A stretch of DNA of 46,710 nt from an uncultured Syntrophaceae bacterium (GTDB taxonomy: Bacteria; Desulfobacterota; Syntrophia; Syntrophales; UBA2192). The notes under the pieces are model-generated. The model was given only the letters and a program-made list of their open reading frames with translations, did no database searches and was not told the origin of the DNA. Below are positions 20,699 through 29,528 of this stretch, in pieces (position 1 is the first letter of the stretch; every line of letters starts with the position of its first letter). A program made the translations under genes and the position numbers. Location: contig CAYSDD010000002.1 of assembly GCA_964429555.1 (NCBI GenBank), positions 1 through 46,710 on the forward strand, in the 5' to 3' direction.

Positions 20699-21907
20699 TC
20701 AGGCATTGTCCAGTTCGACGGCCTCGCTGAGCCTGTCCTCGAAGTCCGGGATCGCCGCGTTGACGCGGACCCACGCGGCGAGCATCGGGACGCCCACCGG
20801 GTCCTCGACGAAATCGCCGATGGCCTTGCGGAGCGAGCCGACGAAGGCTTCGACGGCCTCGATCTCGGCGTGGCGGTCATAGGTCAGCCCGTTGATGAGC
20901 GACAGGGCGTGATATTTCTCGATGGTGACCCTTGCCTCCTGGATGTAGGACGTCAGCATCGTCCGGAAAAACGCCCCGCTCATGACGATCCCGTCCTGGG
21001 TGAGGACCCGGAAGAGGGCCCTCGCGATATCGCCCGCCATGCGCAGCAGGCCCTCGTGGGGCTTCTGCTTTCGGAGCACCTGGTGCTTGTGCTCGTACGT
21101 CTCCGCCAGGTCCGCCTGGCAGATCCGGTTGATGGACGCCCTCTGGTAGACCTCGCTCAGCAGCGACACCTCGAGGCCCCAGGTCGGCGAGATCCGGATC
21201 CCGCGCGCGAGGCTCGAGATCAGGGCGAACTCCCCCGACAGGGCGTAACGGAAGTTGTCCAGGAAGGACAGGAAGGGATTGAACCCCAGGATGCGTCGCA
21301 GCGTCCGGATCAGGGGGGTGTAGAAGAGCCGGGTGACGCGGCCGTAGAGCTGGTCCGTCACGCGCGCGTAGTAGCCCTTGCTGAATTCGAAATCCAGGGC
21401 CGGGTGCGCCACGGGGTAGAGGAGCCGCGCCAGCATTTCCCGGCGGTAGTTGACGATGTCGCAGTCGTGCAGGGCGATGGCGTAGACGTCCCGCTCCGCG
21501 AGGATGGAGCCGAGGGTCATCCACACGGAGCGTCCCTTGCCGGGGTGATCCATGGAGAAGTCGTTCCGCACCAGCTCCCGGTAGAGTTTCTTCATCCGCG
21601 GGCCGTCGTGCCAGACGACGCGCACCGGGCACTTCAGCGCGGACATGAACCCCCTGGCCTTTTCGAACTCGTTCCGTCCGGCCCGGTCCAGGGAAAGAAC
21701 CACCCTGTGGAGATACTCCACGCCTTTCAATTCCTCGATGATCCGGGGCATGGAGGGGGTCTCGAATTCCGAGTAGAGCGCCGGAAGCAGCAGGACGAGT
21801 TTGCGGCGCCGCGCAATCGCCTTGAGCTCCGCCTCGAGCTCCCCGACGGGGCGCTCCCGCAGCTTCTGCAGGGTCGTGATCATGCCGTGCTGCCAGAAAT
21901 CAGTCAT
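20699..21907 (-). CDS. Glycosyltransferase of the glucosyl/mannosyl-3-phosphoglycerate synthase type
   Basis: 402 aa. ALHDCDIVNY (DxD), KGYYARVTDQLYGRVTRLF, LSGEFA. Co-operonic with an MpgP/YedP-type phosphatase. Confidence 0.7.
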   Translation of the reverse strand: MTDFWQHGMITTLQKLRERPVGELEAELKAIARRRKLVLLLPALYSEFETPSMPRIIEELKGVEYLHRVVLSLDRAGRNEFEKARGFMSALKCPVRVVWHDGPRMKKLYRELVRNDFSMDHPGKGRSVWMTLGSILAERDVYAIALHDCDIVNYRREMLARLLYPVAHPALDFEFSKGYYARVTDQLYGRVTRLFYTPLIRTLRRILGFNPFLSFLDNFRYALSGEFALISSLARGIRISPTWGLEVSLLSEVYQRASINRICQADLAETYEHKHQVLRKQKPHEGLLRMAGDIARALFRVLTQDGIVMSGAFFRTMLTSYIQEARVTIEKYHALSLINGLTYDRHAEIEAVEAFVGSLRKAIGDFVEDPVGVPMLAAWVRVNAAIPDFEDRLSEAVELDNA

Positions 21908-23165
21908 CGTGCACCTCCTCGTCCCAGATCTTGATCAGGTAGTCTTTCATCTTCTCGAAGGCCATGGCGTGCGCCTCGAAGAGGCACTCGGCCTCGTCGG
22001 GGTTCCTGTCCCGTACCTCGTTGATGAGGCTCGCCACCCGGGCATTGTAGAGCGGAACCATCGTGTCGAGGACCTTGAAGCGCTGCCGTGCGGTCGCATG
22101 AAAATAGCGGGCGTAGCGGTAAACGATGCGGACCCACGTCTCGAGGGGCAGGTGGAAGTCCTGCGTGCGCTCCACGGCGGCAAGGCCCCGGATCACCTCG
22201 AGATCCTTGGGCTCGACGATCCGCTGCCAGACGCCCGAGAAATTCGCCCAGCCCGTCCGGAAATAGTCGACGAGCCCTTCCTGGTCGATCTCAAAGGGGG
22301 CCGGCTCCTGTTCAACCTCTTCACCCAGGATCGGAACCTCCCGCGACTCCCGGACCTTCTTCCAGGACTCGGCGTTGGTTTCCATGAGCTGGAAGATCGT
22401 GCCCACGACCTGGCGGAACATGGGCCCCAGGTCGGCACCGGGGTCCTTCTCCCCGTGCACCTTGAGCCCCAGCCGGGCCTGGCAGAGCTTGAAGCCTTCC
22501 ACGATGGCCGTCGTGGTCATCCAGACGTCGATGCCGAAACGGGCCACGTCCGTCTCCCAGGCATCCTGGTCGAAGTAATGCTTGGCGAGCCGCCGGGAGA
22601 TCCCGAAGTCTCCTCCGATGGGCTGGCGCACGCGCTGCCCGTAGAGCGCCCGCGTCAGGTTGTAGGCGATCGTGTTGGTGATGGTGCCGTCGAGCTTGTA
22701 GCGACGGTAGTAGGGGGCGACGAAGTCGTATCCGTTGAACACGGGATCGAGCACATTGCGGACCCACTCGGGCTTGATCGAGACGAGGTCGGAGTCGAAA
22801 ACGGCCACCGCCCGGGCCCGGAGGAAATTCGCCACCTCGAAGGCGGCCCGGAGGCCCGACCCCTTTCCCGGCACGCCCCGGTAGATCGTGACGATCTTCT
22901 TGATCTGGTAGGAATGGATCTGCACGAGGTTGGCGATCTCGCGCGTGTCGTCCGTCGATCCCCCGTCGGCGACCAACAGGACGCTCTTGGCCTCGGGGTA
23001 GAAGCGCTCGAGCCCCTCGGCGACGGTCTGGATCACGTGGACGATGGACGAGCCGCTGTAGTAGGAGGGGATGCCGACGACGATGTCGGCATAACGGAGC
23101 TTCTCGATGGTCTTCCGCGCATGATCCCTGAGGGTCGTTGAAAACCGGGGCAACGCTGTCGTCAT
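21900..23165 (-). CDS. GT2-family glycosyltransferase (glucosylglycerate-synthase-like, tentative)
   Basis: ATG 23165 (MTTALPRF) overlaps the upstream stop as ATGA. IVVGIPSYY..., ADGGSTDDT, AVFDSDL (DxD). Confidence 0.7.
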   Translation of the reverse strand: MTTALPRFSTTLRDHARKTIEKLRYADIVVGIPSYYSGSSIVHVIQTVAEGLERFYPEAKSVLLVADGGSTDDTREIANLVQIHSYQIKKIVTIYRGVPGKGSGLRAAFEVANFLRARAVAVFDSDLVSIKPEWVRNVLDPVFNGYDFVAPYYRRYKLDGTITNTIAYNLTRALYGQRVRQPIGGDFGISRRLAKHYFDQDAWETDVARFGIDVWMTTTAIVEGFKLCQARLGLKVHGEKDPGADLGPMFRQVVGTIFQLMETNAESWKKVRESREVPILGEEVEQEPAPFEIDQEGLVDYFRTGWANFSGVWQRIVEPKDLEVIRGLAAVERTQDFHLPLETWVRIVYRYARYFHATARQRFKVLDTMVPLYNARVASLINEVRDRNPDEAECLFEAHAMAFEKMKDYLIKIWDEEVHDD

Positions 23166-24013
23166 GAATCGCTCCTGTCCCTGACGGCTTTTTCTCCCTC
23201 GTCCCCGAACCGCGCGAGAAGACCCCGGACGGCCTCGTTCCACCCTCGGCTTCCCGGGTGGGGCGCCCGGACGAGATTCGGCAGCTTGACATCCTCGTAC
23301 CGCCCGTCGGGATGGGGAATCAGCACGGGGATATCCACGGCGGCAAGCATGGGGACATCGTTGGGCCGGTCGCCGATGCCGACGGTCAGCAGTGCCCGAG
23401 CCGTGTTTTCCCGGAAGATCGCCGTGAGCCGCCTCACGGCCTCCCCCTTGTCCTGCCCGATCCCGATCAGGTGATGAAAGCGCCCGCCCCGGGTGATCGT
23501 CAGACCCGCCGCGGCGGCTTCCTCTCGCAGGGCCTCCAGCTTCGTGTCGTCGTCCAGCAGGAACGGCTCCGAGAACTCCCGCTGCTTCGCAAGGCGTGCC
23601 TGCTCGGGGGCGAGGCCCGTGAGATTCACGAGTTCCTCGACGCTCAGGTCCGCCGCGCCGCGGATGGCGAAGCGGGGTTTCCGATCCTCGACGAAGCGGC
23701 GGATCTCGGCGTAGGGTCTGCCCATCAGGATGAGACGATGCGCACCCCGCTCGACCGCGCCGGGAATTCGAAAGTCCCGATAAGCCGCGGGGAAGAAAAT
23801 CCCGCCGCCGTTCTCGACGATGAAGGGCTCCCGGATGCCCATGTCATCCTGCAGTCTGATGACCTCCGCCCGGGTCTTGCTCGTGACGAAGACCAGGGGC
23901 ACGGACAGCTCCCGGATCCGCTTCAGGGCCGGACGGGCGCCCTCGCAGGAGTACCCGTCGTGATCCAGCAGGCTCCCGTCGAGGTCCGTGAGGATCAGGA
24001 GCAACCGATTCAT
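23162..24013 (-). CDS. HAD-IIB phosphatase, mannosyl/glucosyl-3-phosphoglycerate phosphatase (MpgP/YedP) family
   Basis: 283 aa. LILTDLDGSLL, VFVTSKTRAE, GDRPNDVPML. Confidence 0.8.
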   Translation of the reverse strand: MNRLLLILTDLDGSLLDHDGYSCEGARPALKRIRELSVPLVFVTSKTRAEVIRLQDDMGIREPFIVENGGGIFFPAAYRDFRIPGAVERGAHRLILMGRPYAEIRRFVEDRKPRFAIRGAADLSVEELVNLTGLAPEQARLAKQREFSEPFLLDDDTKLEALREEAAAAGLTITRGGRFHHLIGIGQDKGEAVRRLTAIFRENTARALLTVGIGDRPNDVPMLAAVDIPVLIPHPDGRYEDVKLPNLVRAPHPGSRGWNEAVRGLLARFGDEGEKAVRDRSDS

Positions 24014-24014
24014 C

Positions 24015-25247
24015 TCACACCATGACGGTATGTTCCGTTTTTCCGCCGACCAGGGCGTACATCAGGGTGAGATATTCCCTGAGGTGCCGGGTCAGGAGGT
24101 AGTGCTCGCGGACCAGCTCGCGCCCGGTCTCCCCCATCCTGCGGCCCTGTTCCCGGTGGTGCAGGAGATACCGGATGCGGTTGGCCGCCCCCTCGGGGGT
24201 CATGACGAGAAACCCCGTGTGGTAGTCGACGACCTGCAGGCGGATGCCCCCGGCATCGCCCCCGATGACGGGTTTTCCCTTCCAGAGCCCCTCGGTGACG
24301 GTCAGGCCGAAGCCCTCGCGGGTCGATTTCTGGATCACGATGTCGGCGATCCGCTGCAGGGCGTTGACCGTGCGGTGCGCAGCCGGGGGCAGCAGCTCCA
24401 CGTGGATGTCGGGGTCTCCATCGGCGGCCTCCAGCACGGCGTCGAGCACCTCCTTGCCCTCCGGGTCGTCCGTGGCCCCGCCTCCCGCAAGGACCAGCTG
24501 GACGGGGGTCATCTTCTTGACCATCCGGTAGGCCTGGATCACGCCCACGGGGTCCTTGAAGCGGTCGAACCGCGAGATCTGGACGAGCACGGGGACGTCG
24601 GGGTCGAGCTCGAACCGCCGGCGCACGGTGTCGAGCTCGCGCGCGCCGAGATCGATGTTCTTCTCACTCAGAGGGTCGATGCTCGGCGCGATGAGGTACT
24701 GCGGGTGCGACAGCAGCTGCGCAAACTGGCACATGGAGAAAATGCTCGCGTCGTATCGTTCCACGAAGGGTTTGAGACCTTTCCAGACCTCCCGGAAGGG
24801 GTGGCTGACATCGATGTGGCATCGCCAGATCCAGCGACCCCTGCGACGGCCGCACAGCTCCAGCAGGGGGGCCGGCTGAGGGTCGTGGACAACGACGATG
24901 TCCGCCCCCTCCAGGGCGTCCCGGAGCCGGTTGAAATTGTCGCGGTTCACGTCCCGGTAGAGCTCCCAGTCCCGTTTCTTGATCAGGACGGGATGGCCCT
25001 GCAGCCCGTTGTGAAAGGCCTTGGTCACGGCGAAAAACTCGCTGGTGCCCGTGATGACCTCCCAGCGGGCGTCCAGTCCGAGATCGTTCATCAGCGGCAC
25101 CATCCAGGCGAGGATCTCCGCCACCCCGCCGCCCTCGGCGGTGGAGTTGACGTGCACGACGTTCAACCCCTTGAGCCGCTCGCCCAGCCTCCGCAGCTGC
25201 CCGATCACGGGAACGCCGACGATCGGTTCGTAACGATCGATGTTCAT
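24015..25247 (-). CDS. treT: Trehalose glycosyltransferring synthase TreT (GT4)
   Basis: Internal ATG (MNIDRYEP). VHVNSTAEGGGVAEIL, WRCHIDVS, PSIDPLSEKN, QISRFDRFKDP, DDPEG, REGFGLTVTEGLWKGKPVIG match archaeal TreT as recalled. Confidence 0.85.
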   Translation of the reverse strand: MNIDRYEPIVGVPVIGQLRRLGERLKGLNVVHVNSTAEGGGVAEILAWMVPLMNDLGLDARWEVITGTSEFFAVTKAFHNGLQGHPVLIKKRDWELYRDVNRDNFNRLRDALEGADIVVVHDPQPAPLLELCGRRRGRWIWRCHIDVSHPFREVWKGLKPFVERYDASIFSMCQFAQLLSHPQYLIAPSIDPLSEKNIDLGARELDTVRRRFELDPDVPVLVQISRFDRFKDPVGVIQAYRMVKKMTPVQLVLAGGGATDDPEGKEVLDAVLEAADGDPDIHVELLPPAAHRTVNALQRIADIVIQKSTREGFGLTVTEGLWKGKPVIGGDAGGIRLQVVDYHTGFLVMTPEGAANRIRYLLHHREQGRRMGETGRELVREHYLLTRHLREYLTLMYALVGGKTEHTVMV

Positions 25248-25252
25248 GCCCC

Positions 25253-25921
25253 TCACTCCCTTGCCCGGACTCTTTCGTCCCGGAGCGGTGCAAGCACCCT
25301 CACGAGTTCCTCCCGAAGCTCCCGGAGCGTGTAGAAGTAGAAGTCGATCCGCCGCAGGGCCGCCACGCACGGGGCCATCCGCTCCCCGAACCCGCCGATC
25401 CAGTTCGAAAAATCATCCACCCCGGCGGGCGGTCGGCGCTGGGCCTCGACAAAGTGAAAGTAGATGCTGCCGTTGGACATGCGCCCGATGGCGTCCGGGA
25501 GATCGCGCAGGGCGTCAACCCGTTCCCCCGAATCGAAGACGAGGGTCGTCGCCTCCATGAAGTAGAACTCGTGGCCGGGCCTCGCCCAGGGGATCATGGT
25601 GACCTCGCTCAGGCGCTCGTCGATGACCTCGAGGACGACCTCCCGCAGCGCTTCCATCGAAAGACAGGCGTAGGGGTCGACGGCCCCGAGCCGCTCGGCC
25701 AGGACCTTGTCCGAAAGCCGGCGGCTCGCCCAGACGGCGAAGTCGTTGCGGTGATCCGGGTACTCGAACGTGGGCGACAGGGGCGTCTCGCAGAAGTGGT
25801 GGTACAGCACGTCGGTGCTGCAGACGGCGATGCGGTCCCGCAGTTCCCGCAGGTTGAACGCCGGCGGCAGCCCGCTCATGCGGATCAGCAGCGAGCAGTC
25901 CATGATCTCGAAGGGATTCAT
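25253..25921 (-). CDS. Conserved hypothetical protein (possibly DUF5752-like)
   Basis: 222 aa. Good SD (AGGAGG, 8 nt, ATG). Non-artefactual composition. Embedded between otsB and treT. No catalytic motif recognised. Confidence 0.6.
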   Translation of the reverse strand: MNPFEIMDCSLLIRMSGLPPAFNLRELRDRIAVCSTDVLYHHFCETPLSPTFEYPDHRNDFAVWASRRLSDKVLAERLGAVDPYACLSMEALREVVLEVIDERLSEVTMIPWARPGHEFYFMEATTLVFDSGERVDALRDLPDAIGRMSNGSIYFHFVEAQRRPPAGVDDFSNWIGGFGERMAPCVAALRRIDFYFYTLRELREELVRVLAPLRDERVRARE

Positions 25922-25933
25922 CGCGTTGACCTC

Positions 25934-26692
25934 CTATTCTTTCACGTCCATGCGGGCCAGGCGGCGGACCTCCCGCACCAGGCTTTCCGGGCCGTCGACC
26001 AGCCGGGTGCCGGGGATCATCGGCTCCGTTCCCACGAAGAGCGCGACCCCTCCCTGCCGGATCACCCACTCCATGGCGACGGCATCGTTTTCGTCGTCGC
26101 CGGCGTAGACCAGCGAGCCCGGCACGGGCACATGGCGCAGCATCTCGCAGAGGACGACGGACCCGAAGAGCTTGTCGATCTCGGGGAGGAGCTGGATTTC
26201 GAAGACCTCCGGGCCCCGCAGCAGACGGATCCCGGTGGTGCGGGCCAGCGCCTCGAGAAACGAGAGCACCCTCGGGCGCTCCTCGGGGGCGATCCGCCGG
26301 ACGTGCACGGCAACCGACCAGTGCTTGTCTTCCACATCGGCGCCCGGAATCTCCCGGAGCCTGTCGAGCTCCGGCATGACGGCGCCGCGGGCATGCCGGA
26401 GGCGCAGTGTCTTGCCGTCCGCCGTTCTCCGTTCCCCGCCGGGCAGGAGCCATTCGGCCCCGCTGCCGCCCCCGAGGTAGAGCCCGCGGATGTCGACCCT
26501 CGCCGCCAGGTCGTCCAGCAGCCGGCTCGAGAGCACGGCCACAGCCTGCCGCGGCCATTCGACGAGCTCCGACAGCACCGTTCTTGCCTCGGGATGAAGC
26601 GCCGCGGTTCTTCGATCGGGCACCAGCGGGGACAGAGTGCCGTCGAAATCGAAGATCCAGACCCTGTCCGGGGCCGCTTCCCTCGAGGGCAC
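25934..26692 (-). CDS. otsB: Trehalose-6-phosphate phosphatase
   Basis: 252 aa. FDFDGTLSP, GDDENDAVAM. GTG start overlaps the otsA TAG by 1 nt. Confidence 0.85.
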   Translation of the reverse strand: MPSREAAPDRVWIFDFDGTLSPLVPDRRTAALHPEARTVLSELVEWPRQAVAVLSSRLLDDLAARVDIRGLYLGGGSGAEWLLPGGERRTADGKTLRLRHARGAVMPELDRLREIPGADVEDKHWSVAVHVRRIAPEERPRVLSFLEALARTTGIRLLRGPEVFEIQLLPEIDKLFGSVVLCEMLRHVPVPGSLVYAGDDENDAVAMEWVIRQGGVALFVGTEPMIPGTRLVDGPESLVREVRRLARMDVKE

Positions 26693-28179
26693 TAGGCCAC
26701 CTCCTTGACGGGCCGGATGCCTTCGAGCTCCTCGAAGATTTTCGCCCCCCAGTCGAAGACCGTGTTCTTCTGCACCTGCGACCGCATCCTCCTCATCCGC
26801 TTCCGGCGCTCCTTCTCCGGCATGGCACAGGCCTCGACCATGACGTCGGCCAGCTCGTCGATGTCGTAGGGGTTCACGAGGAGGGCGTCGGGGAGTTCCC
26901 GGGCCGCCCCCGTGTACTGGGAGAGCAGCAGGACCCCGTCGCCGTCGGTCCGGGCGGCGATGAACTCCTTGGCCACGAGGTTCATCCCGTCGTGCAGGGA
27001 GGTGACCATGAGGACATCGGCCATCCGGTACGAGGCGAGGACGGCATGATAATCGTGGTGGGCGCGGAGGAACCGGATGGGCACCCAGTCCTCGGTCTGA
27101 TGGCGCCAGTTGATCTCATCGACCAGGTCGTCGAGTTCCTCGTTGATGTCCCGGTACTCCTCGATGTGGGTCCGGCTGGGTGCGGCAAGCTGGAGCAGGG
27201 TCACCCTGCCGCGAAGTTCCGGGTTCTGGCTGAGCATGAGATCGAAACCCCTCAGCCGTTCCGGGATTCCCTTGGTGTAGTCGATCCGATCGGCCCCGAC
27301 AAGCACCTTCGTCTCCAGAACCCCCTCTCCGAGTTCCTTGATGAAGCTCTGCCGTCGTTCCTCGACCGTCTGCGAACCGGCGTCCTTGCCGATCTGATGG
27401 AAGTCGACGCTGATGGGGAACGCCCGGACCGCGGTGGGCCGGCCGCCCCGGAAAATCCGGAAGCGTTCGTAATCCACCCTCGCCTCGATCCCCCTGTCCA
27501 CCGTGTCCATGAAGTTGTTGCAGTGATACTGGATGTGAAACCCGATCATGTCGTTCCCCAGAAGCCCGTCAAGGAGTTCCTCCCCCCAGGGAAAGATCCT
27601 GAAGGCCTCGCGGTTGGGCCAGGGGATATGCCAGAAGTGGACGATCAGCAGATCGGGCCGGGCCTCTCTGAGCATCCGGGGAAGCAGCGCGAGGTGGTAG
27701 TCCTGGACGAAGACGATGGCGGGCCCCCCTTCCGCTTCGTCGAGTACCGTGTCGCAGAAGCGCCGGTTGACGTCCCGGTAGATTTCCCAGTCCTTCCGGG
27801 AGAAGCGGGGCCGGGTGTACACGATGTGGCACAGCGGCCAGAGGGCCTGGTTGGAAATCCCGTAGTAATAGCCGTTTTCCTCTTTCCGGGTCAGCCACAC
27901 CCGCCGAAGCGTGTAGCGCGGGTTTTCGGGGGGTATCGCGACGCGCCCCTTCGCATCGGTGACGAGGCGGTCGGCGGTGCCGGAGCCGTGAGCGACCCAG
28001 GTGCCGCCCGTTGCGCGGACGATCGGCTCCAGGGCGGCCACCATCCCGCTGGCCGGACGGACCACCCGGATACCGCCCACGTCGCGCTCATGGGTCACGG
28101 GTTCACGGTTCGACGCGATGATGACCTTTGCATTTCTCGTGATGCGGGAAACGAGTCCCCCGAGGTATCGGGCATCCAT
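26692..28179 (-). CDS. otsA: Alpha,alpha-trehalose-phosphate synthase (GT20)
   Basis: 495 aa. IIASNREPV, GMVAALEP, FWHIPWP, LLQLAAPSRTHIEEY, NLVAKEF. Confidence 0.95.
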   Translation of the reverse strand: MDARYLGGLVSRITRNAKVIIASNREPVTHERDVGGIRVVRPASGMVAALEPIVRATGGTWVAHGSGTADRLVTDAKGRVAIPPENPRYTLRRVWLTRKEENGYYYGISNQALWPLCHIVYTRPRFSRKDWEIYRDVNRRFCDTVLDEAEGGPAIVFVQDYHLALLPRMLREARPDLLIVHFWHIPWPNREAFRIFPWGEELLDGLLGNDMIGFHIQYHCNNFMDTVDRGIEARVDYERFRIFRGGRPTAVRAFPISVDFHQIGKDAGSQTVEERRQSFIKELGEGVLETKVLVGADRIDYTKGIPERLRGFDLMLSQNPELRGRVTLLQLAAPSRTHIEEYRDINEELDDLVDEINWRHQTEDWVPIRFLRAHHDYHAVLASYRMADVLMVTSLHDGMNLVAKEFIAARTDGDGVLLLSQYTGAARELPDALLVNPYDIDELADVMVEACAMPEKERRKRMRRMRSQVQKNTVFDWGAKIFEELEGIRPVKEVA

Positions 28180-28318
28180 GACGTCCTCCCTGGATCTTCG
28201 CTTCGCTGTTTGACGACACCGGGACTGTACTCGAAAGGAGCGGTCTCGCTCCGGGCGCCGCAGAGGAGGATGAAGAGCGGTGGGTCAGTCGGAACAACCC
28301 CGACCGGGCTGCCGTCGC

Positions 28319-28355
28319 AAAAAGGCCGTCATCCGATCCCTATCGGATGGCGACC
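28319..28355 (-). terminator. Intrinsic-terminator-like hairpin inside the otsA leader (or 3' end of the yedF transcript)
   Basis: Minus strand GGUCGC-CAUCCGAU-AGGG-AUCGGAUG-ACGGCC followed directly by UUUUU (28323-28319). About 13 bp with one mismatch. Confidence 0.6.
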
Positions 28356-28419
28356 CGACCCCGGCGATTCCGCCTGAATTGCCGTTGCGGACCCGTTATC
28401 GGTTTCTCGACCGGTTTTC

Positions 28420-28448
28420 AGTGTAAAGGATCGGGAGGGCTGTGTCAA
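28420..28448 (-). promoter_or_regulatory. Near-consensus sigma70 promoter upstream of otsA
   Basis: Minus strand TTGACA (28448-28443), 17-nt spacer, TACACT (28425-28420). About 230-nt leader. Confidence 0.65.
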
Positions 28449-28712
28449 CCCTTTCGGGGCTTCCCGGACAGGCCGCGCCCTGCGTCCGTCAGTCCGTCCC
28501 CCTCGGCGTGTCGAGCAGCAGGGCGCGCGGGTCCCGCTTATCTGCAAACGGGCGGGCAGTGCCCCGGCTGCATCTCCTGCGGCCCTGCACCGGTTTGGGC
28601 GGGACACCGGTCGAGGCCGGATGAATGGCCCGGCCGTTGCCTTCCCGCGGGGGTGGCCGCCGCGCTGCGCCTGCGATGCTCGGGCCTGCCGCCGGATCCG
28701 GGCCGAGTGCCC

Positions 28713-29300
28713 TCAGAGGTTGATCACCCGGCCCGACGTCATGAGGGCCGTGACGATCTCGTGCATGTTGGAGACCTTGCCGACCCGGAGCTTCTCCTTG
28801 ATGCCGAAGAAGGCCAGGCAGGTGCCGCAGGAGAGGATCTCGACTCCCTCCCTGTCCAGGAGCGCCAGGCTCTCGAGGACGTCGGAACCCTCGGTGGTGA
28901 GAAAGACCCCTCCGTTGATGAAGATCACCTTGTCCGGTCTCGGCTGGGAATCCCAGAGCGTGTTGAGAAAGGCCTTCATGAGGATCGCGCCCAATTCGTC
29001 GGAGCCCTTGCCGAAGACGTCGGTCGTGATGCAGACCACGGTCGGTCCCTCCGCGGCTCCGGCCTGCGCCGCGAGGCTGCAGCCCGCCTGCTTCGTGATG
29101 GTGAGGGCATAGGCGCCCTCCTTCTCCGCCACCGTGACCTCGCAGCCCCGGCTGGCCGCAAACCGCTTCACGTTCTCCCGGCTCTCGGGGCTGTCGACGA
29201 GGACCGTCACGGTCCCTTCGGGAATGGCCTCCAGGGCTTTCTTGGTGTTGATCACGGGCTGCGGGCAGGCAAGCCCCCGGCAATCGATTTCCCTCGTCAT
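28713..29300 (-). CDS. yedF: Sulfurtransferase-like selenium metabolism protein YedF (TusA-like N-domain plus DsrE-like C-domain)
   Basis: MTREIDCRGLACPQPV... preceded by AAAGGAGGA with a 9-nt spacer. C-terminal LSCGTCL...VSNM typical of YedF. Confidence 0.85.
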   Translation of the reverse strand: MTREIDCRGLACPQPVINTKKALEAIPEGTVTVLVDSPESRENVKRFAASRGCEVTVAEKEGAYALTITKQAGCSLAAQAGAAEGPTVVCITTDVFGKGSDELGAILMKAFLNTLWDSQPRPDKVIFINGGVFLTTEGSDVLESLALLDREGVEILSCGTCLAFFGIKEKLRVGKVSNMHEIVTALMTSGRVINL

Positions 29301-29436
29301 GGCGATGATCCTCCTTTCCCCGTCATGGACGGTCGCATTTTCCATAATCCCCTTTCATAAATCAAATGGATTCGTGGCATGTCAGCCTGCTGCGGCCCTC
29401 CCGCGGCAGGCGGGCCCACTTATAACGATTATCTAT

Positions 29437-29465
29437 TTGACAGATAGCCATTGTTTATGTATGGA
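29437..29465 (+). promoter_or_regulatory. Candidate promoter for the activase operon, overlapping an ATC-N9-GAT dyad
   Basis: TTGACA (29437-29442), 17-nt spacer, TATGGA (29460-29465). The dyad ATCTATTTGACAGAT (29431-29445) fits the LysR T-N11-A pattern. Confidence 0.45.
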
Positions 29466-29528
29466 ACCGGATCGAGTTCGGGCGGCGCGGGCCCGGGAAT
29501 GCTCCCGCCTCGGGAGGGTGAACAGGCG

